In this document: piece by piece, positions 17,309 to 24,948 of the stretch
Position numbering within the stretch: position 1 is the first letter of the stretch
Layout: each line of letters begins with the position of its first letter
From: Bacteroidota bacterium
GTDB lineage: Bacteria > Bacteroidota > Bacteroidia > Sphingobacteriales > Sphingobacteriaceae
Direction of reading: 5' to 3'
Assembly: GCA_041175245.1 (NCBI GenBank)
Contig: JBEDFI010000001.1
Span: forward strand, 1 to 33,579
DNA length: 33,579 nt
Translations under genes and position numbers: made by a program
The notes under the pieces: model-generated
Databases searched by the model: none
The model's input: the letters and a program-made list of their open reading frames with translations, nothing else
Told to the model about the DNA's origin: nothing

Positions 17309-17986
17309 TTAATAATTATTGCCGGCTAAACAAATCACGAATTCTCCCTTCAGCGTATGTGTTTCAAAATGGGTTTTCACTTCCTGCAAAGTACCGCGAA
17401 CGGTTTCCTCAAATACTTTACTCAGCTCCCGCGATACCGAAACAGGACGATCGGCACCAAAATAGTCGGCAAACTCCTCCAAGGTTTTCAGCAAACGGTG
17501 TGGCGATTCATAAAAAATCATGGTTCGCTCTTCGTTCAAAAGAGATTTGATTCGGGTTTGACGGCCTTTTTTCACCGGGAGAAAGCCTTCGAACACAAAA
17601 CGATCGTTCGGCAGGCCAGAATTTACCAAAGCAGGCACAAAGGCCGTTGCACCCGGCAAACAAGAAACATTTATACCATGTTTGATCGCCTCCCGAACCA
17701 ATAAAAATCCCGGATCGGAAATGGCTGGAGTTCCGGCATCAGAAATCAATGCGACCTGTTTACCTTCATTCAAAAAGCGGATAATTTCTTTTACCGACTG
17801 GTGTTCATTGTGTTGATGATGTGCAAATACCTTCTTATCAATTCCGAAATGCTTGAGCAGCGGGGCGCTGGTTCGGGTATCTTCCGCCAGAATAATATCC
17901 GACTCCTTGAGTAGCCTGACAGCTCTAAGGGTCATATCTTCAAGATTGCCGATCGGGGTCGGAATGAGGTATAAAGTACCGCTCAT
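17309..17986 (-). CDS. rsmI: 16S rRNA (cytidine1402-2'-O)-methyltransferase
   Basis: The protein is 225 aa. Motifs are GTLYLIPTPIGNLEDMTLRA, AEDTR, SDAGTP.ISDPG and ESPHRL, all typical of the RsmI tetrapyrrole-methylase fold. Confidence 0.9.
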   Translation of the reverse strand: MSGTLYLIPTPIGNLEDMTLRAVRLLKESDIILAEDTRTSAPLLKHFGIDKKVFAHHQHNEHQSVKEIIRFLNEGKQVALISDAGTPAISDPGFLLVREAIKHGINVSCLPGATAFVPALVNSGLPNDRFVFEGFLPVKKGRQTRIKSLLNEERTMIFYESPHRLLKTLEEFADYFGADRPVSVSRELSKVFEETVRGTLQEVKTHFETHTLKGEFVICLAGNNY

Positions 17987-18065
17987 CTAGGTATTTATTT
18001 TAAGTTCGAGCAAGTTCCAGGGCAAAAAAACATAAAACTCATCGCCCACAACTCGTAACTGATAT

Positions 18066-18073
18066 TATCTTTG
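18066..18073 (+). promoter_or_regulatory. Bacteroidota-type -7 promoter box (TAnnTTTG) for serS
   Basis: TATCTTTG lies 16 nt upstream of the ATG at 18090. Confidence 0.5.
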
Positions 18074-18089
18074 TGCAAATTTCAATAAA

Positions 18090-19361
18090 ATGCTGCAAGT
18101 TAATTATATCCGGGAACATAAGGAGGAAGTTTTAAAACGCCTGGCGGTAAAAAATTTCAAACAGCCCGAACTGGTGGAGGAGATCCTGAAACTGGATGAA
18201 AAACGCCGTCAAACTCAAACTCAACTCGATAGCCTTGCAGCAGAGGCAAATGCCGCTGCCAAACAAATCGGCGAGCTGATGCGTCAGGGCAAAAAAGAAG
18301 AAGCCGAAGCCATCAAGGCGCAAAGCGGTCAGCATAAAGAAACGCAGAAAACACTCGGCGAACAACTGGCACAGCTGGAAGAACAATTGCAGCAGCAACT
18401 GGTCATTTTGCCGAACCTGCCCCATACTTCGGTGCCATTGGGCAGCAGCGCCGAAGAAAACGAAACCGTTTTAGAAAATGGCGCCAAGCCGAACCTGCCG
18501 GCAGATGCCCTGCCGCACTGGGAACTGGCCGCCAAATACGATATCATCGACTTTGAATTAGGAAATAAAATTACGGGTGCCGGATTTCCGGTTTATAAAG
18601 GCAAAGGTGCCCGCCTGCAGCGAGCGCTCATCAATTTCTTTTTAGATGAAGCTGAAAAAGCCGGCTATCGCGAAATGCAGCCACCTATTGTAGTGAACGA
18701 AGCTTCAGGTTTTGGCACTGGCCAGCTGCCGGACAAAGAAGGCCAGATGTACCATGTGGGTATCGACAATTTATACCTCATCCCGACTGCCGAAGTGCCG
18801 ATCACCAATTTATACCGCGATGTGATCTTGAAGGAAGAGGAACTGCCGGTTAAAAACTGCGGCTATACCCCTTGTTTCCGCCGCGAAGCCGGTTCATACG
18901 GCGCCCATGTGCGTGGACTGAACCGTTTGCACCAATTTGACAAAGTAGAGATCGTGCAGGTGGCCCATCCAGATCAATCCTACGATACACTCGAAGAGAT
19001 GAGCACTTATGTGCAGTCTTTGTTGCAGAAACTAGAATTGCCTTACCGGGTACTGCGTTTATGCGGCGGAGACATGAGCTTTGCCTCTGCCCTCACCTAC
19101 GACATGGAGGTATGGTGTGCCGCACAAGCCCGCTGGCTGGAAGTATCTTCTGTTTCCAACTTCGAAACTTTCCAGGCCAACCGTTTGAAACTTCGTTTCA
19201 AGGGCAAGGAGGGCAAAACCCAGCTGGCCCATACCTTGAACGGAAGTGCCTTGGCACTACCACGAATTGTCGCTTCTTTGCTGGAGAACAATCAAACCGA
19301 ACAAGGTATCCGCATCCCTAAGGTGCTGGTGCCCTATACCGGTTTCGAGTTTATCAATTAG
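18090..19361 (+). CDS. serS: Serine--tRNA ligase
   Basis: The protein is 423 aa with an N-terminal coiled-coil arm. Class II motifs are present (FRREAGS, RLHQFDKVE, NGSALALPR). Confidence 0.97.
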   Translation: MLQVNYIREHKEEVLKRLAVKNFKQPELVEEILKLDEKRRQTQTQLDSLAAEANAAAKQIGELMRQGKKEEAEAIKAQSGQHKETQKTLGEQLAQLEEQLQQQLVILPNLPHTSVPLGSSAEENETVLENGAKPNLPADALPHWELAAKYDIIDFELGNKITGAGFPVYKGKGARLQRALINFFLDEAEKAGYREMQPPIVVNEASGFGTGQLPDKEGQMYHVGIDNLYLIPTAEVPITNLYRDVILKEEELPVKNCGYTPCFRREAGSYGAHVRGLNRLHQFDKVEIVQVAHPDQSYDTLEEMSTYVQSLLQKLELPYRVLRLCGGDMSFASALTYDMEVWCAAQARWLEVSSVSNFETFQANRLKLRFKGKEGKTQLAHTLNGSALALPRIVASLLENNQTEQGIRIPKVLVPYTGFEFIN

Positions 19362-19362
19362 A

Positions 19363-20079
19363 TTATTTTAACTCGAACACTGCTCGGATCTGAGAACTTA
19401 GCTTGATTTTTTTGAAATCAATTTCAGGCATCGGCGCTGTTTCCTCTACCGCATCTGATTTCATCAGCATCGGTGCACGATGCATCGCCTGCGGATAATA
19501 TTCGTTTCCGCTTTCGTTGATCTCTAAGGCTGGGCCTACCTTTTCAGCAATGGCTTCAGCTAAATAAACGGCCTTATCACGGGCATTTTTTAAGGCTTTG
19601 ATCTTTAATTCTTTTTTGAATTCCTCAATTTTGGAATGGTCATAACCATCAATGTTACTGTACTGCACCCCTCTCGAATTAACCGAATTGATGATCTGAT
19701 TCCATTTATGCAGGTCGCTTACTTTGATGCGGTATTGCTTGCTGGCCAGAAAATCAGGATTCTTTTTACGGTCCCACACATCATTATAGGCAGAAATATT
19801 GTTAATGGTAAAATTCTCCTTTGGGATACCTGCCTTCAAAACCGCCGATTGCAATTGCTTTTCCAATTCTTCGATCTGCACTTTCTTCTTCCCTTCCATA
19901 AATTCTCTCAAGGAAATGCCGATGTAAATGATGTCCGGAGTAAGTTCGGTTTCGGCAGTGCCGTTCACTTCAATTTTGCGGCGCAGATCGGTTTGCTGGG
20001 CAGCTGTGCTGAGTACCATACCCAGCATCAGTAGAGAAAATAGGACTTTTTTCATAATAGAGGATGTTTTAATCTTCAT
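19363..20079 (-). CDS. SIMPL/DUF541-domain periplasmic protein
   Basis: The protein is 238 aa with a signal peptide (MKKVLFSLLMLGMVLSTAAQ). The overall layout resembles the SIMPL family. The start could be the second ATG at 20055 (M9). Confidence 0.6.
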   Translation of the reverse strand: MKIKTSSIMKKVLFSLLMLGMVLSTAAQQTDLRRKIEVNGTAETELTPDIIYIGISLREFMEGKKKVQIEELEKQLQSAVLKAGIPKENFTINNISAYNDVWDRKKNPDFLASKQYRIKVSDLHKWNQIINSVNSRGVQYSNIDGYDHSKIEEFKKELKIKALKNARDKAVYLAEAIAEKVGPALEINESGNEYYPQAMHRAPMLMKSDAVEETAPMPEIDFKKIKLSSQIRAVFELK

Positions 20080-20110
20080 TAAGTTCGTGAATAATAATCA
20101 GAATCACAAC

Positions 20111-20134
20111 AAAAAAGCCCCCATCAAGGAGGCT
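20111..20134 (-). terminator. Intrinsic terminator after the ileS-dksA-like-lspA operon
   Basis: The minus strand reads AGCCTCC-ttgat-GGGGGCT followed by TTTTTT. The stem is 7 bp including one G-U. The hairpin lies 6 nt downstream of the lspA stop. Confidence 0.65.
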
Positions 20135-20139
20135 TAATA

Positions 20140-20790
20140 CTATTCTTCTACCATTTCACTTTGCGGTTGACTTTCCAAGACCTCCGGTTCTTTGAAGTAG
20201 TGTTTCTGAAAAATCAGGATGAGGATAACCCCGATGCTGATGGCCGTATCGGCCAGGTTAAACACCGGCTGAAAAAATACCAGGGGTTGATTGGCCCAAA
20301 ACGGAAACCAGGATGGATATTGTGTATTTATGATCGGGAAGTATAACATATCCACAACTTTCCCGTGAAATATACCGGCATAACCACCATCGGCTGGGAA
20401 AAGTGTTGCCTTATCAAAATACGTGCTTTCGCTAAAGATTTTGCCGTAAAAGGTAGAATCAATGATATTACCCAATGCCCCTGCAAAAATGAGCGATACA
20501 TTTAAAATCAACCCCCGGTGATATTTATGTTTGATCAGGTAAACCAAGCCGTATCCAATTCCAGAAACTGCTATGATCCGTAGGATACTCAGTGCCAGCT
20601 TACCGGTTTCACCGCCGAACTCAAAACCAAAAGCCATCCCATTGTTTTCGGTAAAATGGATGATGAACCAATCTCCGAGTATGCGGTATTCCTGACCGAT
20701 GCTCATATTCAATTTGATCCAAAACTTGAGTAGCTGATCAGCCAAAAGCACCAGAAAAATAAGAAGTAAGGGTTTGGTATAGCCTTTCAT
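20140..20790 (-). CDS. lspA: Lipoprotein signal peptidase (signal peptidase II)
   Basis: The protein is 216 aa with four TM segments. Motifs are NNGMAFGF and FNLADTAISIG (catalytic Asp). It lies in the conserved ileS-lspA linkage. Confidence 0.85.
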   Translation of the reverse strand: MKGYTKPLLLIFLVLLADQLLKFWIKLNMSIGQEYRILGDWFIIHFTENNGMAFGFEFGGETGKLALSILRIIAVSGIGYGLVYLIKHKYHRGLILNVSLIFAGALGNIIDSTFYGKIFSESTYFDKATLFPADGGYAGIFHGKVVDMLYFPIINTQYPSWFPFWANQPLVFFQPVFNLADTAISIGVILILIFQKHYFKEPEVLESQPQSEMVEE

Positions 20791-21173
20791 TAGTTCTGTC
20801 TGAGTTTAGCTTCCATACTTAAAGTAGCATGAGGCACTGCACGCAAACGCTCCTTTTGGATCAGTTTACCTGTTTCACGGCAAACACCATAGGTTTTGTT
20901 CTCCACTCTCACCAATGCCGCTTCCAAATTCTCAATGAATTTCTTCTGACGGGAAGCCAACTGATTGATTTGCTCTTTTTCTAAAGTTGCAGACCCATCC
21001 TCCAAGGTTTTATAGGTTCCGGCAGTATCATCCGTTCCGTTCACATTCGGACTGCTTAGGGATTGTGTCAGGGCGCTCAATTCCTCCCGGGCTACTTGCA
21101 ATTTCTCTAAGATAATTTCTTTAAACTCCTGTAACTCTAAGTCGGAGTATCTGGTCTTTTCGTTCGTGTCCAT
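20790..21173 (-). CDS. DksA/TraR-family protein with a degenerate zinc finger
   Basis: The protein is 127 aa with an N-terminal coiled-coil. The C-terminal YGVCRETGKLIQKERLRAVPHATLSMEA aligns to the DksA CxxC...CxxC region but keeps only one Cys. The stop overlaps the lspA start (TAATG), and the gene begins 1 nt after the ileS stop. Confidence 0.65.
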   Translation of the reverse strand: MDTNEKTRYSDLELQEFKEIILEKLQVAREELSALTQSLSSPNVNGTDDTAGTYKTLEDGSATLEKEQINQLASRQKKFIENLEAALVRVENKTYGVCRETGKLIQKERLRAVPHATLSMEAKLRQN

Positions 21174-21174
21174 A

Positions 21175-24100
21175 TTAAGGTTTGGTTATCGAAATGTATA
21201 ATCTAACATCATCAATTTCAATGACATCTTCCGAGCTGAAACCATGTTCAAGCACCAAAGAATCGGCTAAAATTTCGGCGCAAATATACGCTAAATTATT
21301 TTCTGCAGCATGAGCGATATCCGGGTGATGACTCAGCTTAACCCGTATTCTATCGGTCACCAGAAAATCTTTATCCTTACGTAAATTTTGTATCCGGTTG
21401 ATCAATTCTCTGGCAATTCCTTCCTGTTTCAACGCTTCTGAAATGCTAACATCCAGAGCAACCGTAAGTTTTCCCAAGCTAGCCACTTGCCAACCTGGTA
21501 CATCTTCGGCAATAATCTCCACATCGGTAATATCAATAGTATAAGCCGTTTGAGCTATCTGATAGAATCCATCCGCTTCGAAACGGGCAATCTCCTCCTG
21601 GTTAAGCTCTGTTAGCACAGCCGCCACTTCTTTCATATCCTTGCCTACTTTCGGACCCAAAGCCTTGAAATTGGGTTTTACTTTTTTACTGATGAAACCG
21701 GCCGTATCGCTGATATATTCGATCTGCTTGATATTGGTTTCTGATAAGATCAATTCGCGAACTTTCTCAACCTGCTCTTTAAAACCCGGATCAAGTACCG
21801 GTACCAGGATTTTACTCAAGGGTTGGCGTACATTGATGCCCACTTTTTTACGCAGCGACAGCACCAGCGAAGAAATATCTTGTGCCAGCGCCATACGCTC
21901 TTCCAGCGATTGATCTACCAGTTCAGCCTGATAAGCTGGATAATCGGCTAGGTGAACAGATGCTACCTGTTCTTTTCCGGTTACGCTATTCAAATCGAGG
22001 AACAAGCGGTCGGAGAAAAATGGCGCAATGGGCGACATCAATTTGGCGACCGTGTTCAAACAGGTGTACAGCGTTTGGTAAGCCGATATTTTATCTTCCG
22101 TATAATCGCCTTTCCAAAAACGGCGGCGACACAAACGCACATACCAGTTACTCAGGTGCTCATCCACAAAATTCTGTATAGCCCGGGCAGCCTTGGTAGG
22201 CTCAAAGTCTTCATAATATCCATCCACTTCCTTCACCAAGGAGTTCAATAATGAAATAATCCAACGATCAATTTCAGGGCGTAACTGAATATCCATCTCC
22301 GTTTCTTTGTAGCTAAAACGGTCAATATTGGCATAAAGTGCGAAGAAGGAATAGGTATTGTATAAAGTACCAAAGAACTTACGACGCACTTCGTCCAAAC
22401 CTTCGATATTGAATTTCAAATTATCCCAAGGTGAGGCATTGCTGATCATATACCAACGGCTGGCATCGGCGCTGTAGGTTTCAATGGTTTCGAAGGGATC
22501 GACGGCATTGCCCAAACGTTTCGACATTTTATTGCCATTTTTATCGAGCACCAAGCCATTAGAAACTACATTTTTGAAGGCCACGCTATCGTTCAGCATC
22601 ACCGAAATGGCATGCAGGGTAAAGAACCAGCCACGGGTTTGGTCTACCCCTTCGGCAATGAAATCGGCCGGATAGGCATTTTTAAAATCGCCTTCATTTT
22701 CAAACGGATAATGCCATTGCGCAAAAGGCATGGCACCTGAATCGAACCAAACGTCGATCAGATCGCTTTCGCGGAACATTTTTTTGCCTGTTGGCGATAC
22801 CAGGATCACCTCATCCACGTACGGACGATGCAAATCGAAAGTGCCGCTCTCCAAAGCTTGGGCGTATTCCTGCACCTTCGCTTTTTCAGCATCGCCGAGC
22901 AGGCCGCCAGCCAGCGATTTTTGCAGTTCTGATTTCAATTCGTCGATAGAACCGATACAAATTTCTTCGGCTTTATCTTCCGTTCTCCAGATCGGCAGCG
23001 GGGTACCCCAATAACGGGAACGCGATAAATTCCAGTCGACCAGATTTTCGAGCCAGTTACCGAAACGGCCGGTTCCGGTAGCTTCCGGCTTCCAATTGAT
23101 GGTTTTGTTCAGCTCCACCATGCGATCTTTGACTGCAGTGGTCTTGATGAACCAGCTGTCCAGCGGATAGTACAATATCGGTTTATCGGTACGCCAGCAA
23201 TGCGGATAGCTGTGTTCGTATTTCTCTACCTTAAAGGCTTTGTTTTCTTCTTTCAGTTTGATGGCAATGAGCACATCGGTTGGGCGGAAATCAGGATCTT
23301 TGCGCTCCTCGTCGGTGTAAAACTCTTCTTTCACAAAGCGGCCGGCAAAATCGGTCACTTCGTCTACAAACTTACCTTGTTTGTTCACCAGCGGCACTTC
23401 GTTTCCGGCTTGGTCTTTCACCATTACCGAAGGCACCTCGTTTTCCTTACATGCCCTGAAGTCGTCTGCACCAAAAACGGAAGCGGTATGGACCACACCG
23501 GTACCATCCTCAGTGGTTACAAAATCTGCCGGAATGACGCGAAATGCTTTTTGCTCCAATTCTTCATTGGTCACGTATGGCATTAACTGGTGGTAACGCA
23601 GTCCGAGCAGATCCTTCCCTTTGAAGGTAGCTGCCACTGTCCAGGGGATTACTTTATCTCCTGCCTTAAACGCTGAAAAATCAGCATTTTCACCTTCCGA
23701 TTTGAAATATTTGCCCAGCAATTCTTTAGCCAGCACCACACTTACCGGGGCGGAGGTATAAGGATTGAAGGTTCTCACCTTTACATAGTCGATCTTTTCG
23801 CCTACCGCCAGGGCACAGTTGGCAGGTAAGGTCCATGGCGTGGTGGTCCAGGCCAGGATCACGGTATCTTCCTCTGCACTGTCGAATAAAACCGACATCA
23901 GCGCATGCTGCTGATCCTTCTTCGGACGGAATTGCGCCACGATGGAAGTATCTTTTAGTATTTTGTAAGTGCCGGGTTGATTCAGCTCGTGCGAACTCAA
24001 CCCCGTTCCGGCAGCCGGAGAATACGGCTGTACGGTATAGCCTTTATACAGATAACCCTTCTGGTGCAATTGTTTCAACAACCACCACAGGGTTTCGATG

Positions 24101-24561
24101 TACTCATTTTCGTAGGTGATGTACGGATTCTCCAGATCCACCCAATAGCCCATTTTCTCGGTCAGGTCGTTCCATACATCGGTATATTTCATCACCTCCT
24201 TGCGGCAGGCCGCATTGTAATCGGTCACCGAGATCTTCTTTCCGATGTCATCTTTGGTGATGCCCAAAGTTTTTTCAACAGCCAACTCAATCGGTAAACC
24301 ATGCGTATCCCAGCCACCTTTACGTTTTACTTGATAGCCTTTGAGGGTTTTATATCGACAAAAAATATCTTTGATGGCACGGGCCATTACGTGGTGGATT
24401 CCCGGCATCCCATTGGCGGATGGAGGGCCTTCATAAAAGGTATAGGGCTTGGATGCAGGTCGATTTTGAATACTTTTTTCAAAGATCTTTTGCGTTTTCC
24501 AATACTCCAGAATTTCCTTTCCGGTTTGCGATAAATTGAGTTGTTTATATTCTTTGTACAT
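21175..24561 (-). CDS. ileS: Isoleucine--tRNA ligase (long, type 2 form)
   Basis: The protein is 1128 aa. It has a HIGH-class motif region (PPSANGMPGIHHVMAR), KMSKRLGN (KMSKS) and a CP1 editing domain. Confidence 0.97.
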   Translation of the reverse strand: MYKEYKQLNLSQTGKEILEYWKTQKIFEKSIQNRPASKPYTFYEGPPSANGMPGIHHVMARAIKDIFCRYKTLKGYQVKRKGGWDTHGLPIELAVEKTLGITKDDIGKKISVTDYNAACRKEVMKYTDVWNDLTEKMGYWVDLENPYITYENEYIETLWWLLKQLHQKGYLYKGYTVQPYSPAAGTGLSSHELNQPGTYKILKDTSIVAQFRPKKDQQHALMSVLFDSAEEDTVILAWTTTPWTLPANCALAVGEKIDYVKVRTFNPYTSAPVSVVLAKELLGKYFKSEGENADFSAFKAGDKVIPWTVAATFKGKDLLGLRYHQLMPYVTNEELEQKAFRVIPADFVTTEDGTGVVHTASVFGADDFRACKENEVPSVMVKDQAGNEVPLVNKQGKFVDEVTDFAGRFVKEEFYTDEERKDPDFRPTDVLIAIKLKEENKAFKVEKYEHSYPHCWRTDKPILYYPLDSWFIKTTAVKDRMVELNKTINWKPEATGTGRFGNWLENLVDWNLSRSRYWGTPLPIWRTEDKAEEICIGSIDELKSELQKSLAGGLLGDAEKAKVQEYAQALESGTFDLHRPYVDEVILVSPTGKKMFRESDLIDVWFDSGAMPFAQWHYPFENEGDFKNAYPADFIAEGVDQTRGWFFTLHAISVMLNDSVAFKNVVSNGLVLDKNGNKMSKRLGNAVDPFETIETYSADASRWYMISNASPWDNLKFNIEGLDEVRRKFFGTLYNTYSFFALYANIDRFSYKETEMDIQLRPEIDRWIISLLNSLVKEVDGYYEDFEPTKAARAIQNFVDEHLSNWYVRLCRRRFWKGDYTEDKISAYQTLYTCLNTVAKLMSPIAPFFSDRLFLDLNSVTGKEQVASVHLADYPAYQAELVDQSLEERMALAQDISSLVLSLRKKVGINVRQPLSKILVPVLDPGFKEQVEKVRELILSETNIKQIEYISDTAGFISKKVKPNFKALGPKVGKDMKEVAAVLTELNQEEIARFEADGFYQIAQTAYTIDITDVEIIAEDVPGWQVASLGKLTVALDVSISEALKQEGIARELINRIQNLRKDKDFLVTDRIRVKLSHHPDIAHAAENNLAYICAEILADSLVLEHGFSSEDVIEIDDVRLYISITKP

Positions 24562-24590
24562 CAGCGCTGTAGATCTCCGAATTAAGCCAG

Positions 24591-24598
24591 CAAAATTA
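24591..24598 (-). promoter_or_regulatory. Bacteroidota-type -7 promoter box (TAnnTTTG) for ileS
   Basis: The minus strand reads TAATTTTG, 29 nt upstream of the ATG at 24561. It sits between the arms of a 7-bp inverted repeat (24577-24583 and 24603-24609). Confidence 0.45.
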
Positions 24599-24662
24599 GA
24601 AAAATTCGGGGTTAATAATAGGCATAAAACTTGTAGTGAATATTTATTTATCAGAAAAGATC

Positions 24663-24929
24663 ATGAGCGTAAATAATCTGTTCCAATCCATTTTAAATAC
24701 GAAATATGTTTGTAGCGGTATCGTATTATTTTTTGTTGGCTTAGGGATGCTATGCCTCGGCTATCTGATCCGTGATCAGGAGTGGGGCAAGTACGGTTGG
24801 GCCATGATCATTGGCGTACTGCTGTTGGGTGGCAGTTTTGTCCTTTTCTTATGGAGTTTAATCCGTAAGATGGATTATCTGAGTCTGAAAGAAGAACGAC
24901 TTAAGAAATCAACGCAGAAGACTGATTAG
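24663..24929 (+). CDS. Small two-TM membrane protein, function unknown
   Basis: The track ORF starts at a GTG (24636). The first ATG is at 24663, giving 88 aa. There are two hydrophobic helices (VCSGIVLFFVGLGMLCLGYLI; WAMIIGVLLLGGSFVLFLWSLI) and a charged tail. I recognise no family. Confidence 0.45.
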   Translation: MSVNNLFQSILNTKYVCSGIVLFFVGLGMLCLGYLIRDQEWGKYGWAMIIGVLLLGGSFVLFLWSLIRKMDYLSLKEERLKKSTQKTD

Positions 24930-24943
24930 CAGAAGACTGATTA
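24914..24943 (+). repeat. Perfect 15-bp tandem duplication spanning a stop codon
   Basis: GCAGAAGACTGATTA occurs at 24914-24928 and again at 24929-24943. Copy 1 ends the small ORF (..Q K T D TAG). Copy 2 re-encodes Q K T D and is followed by TAA. Confidence 0.95.
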
Positions 24944-24948
24944 AATGA

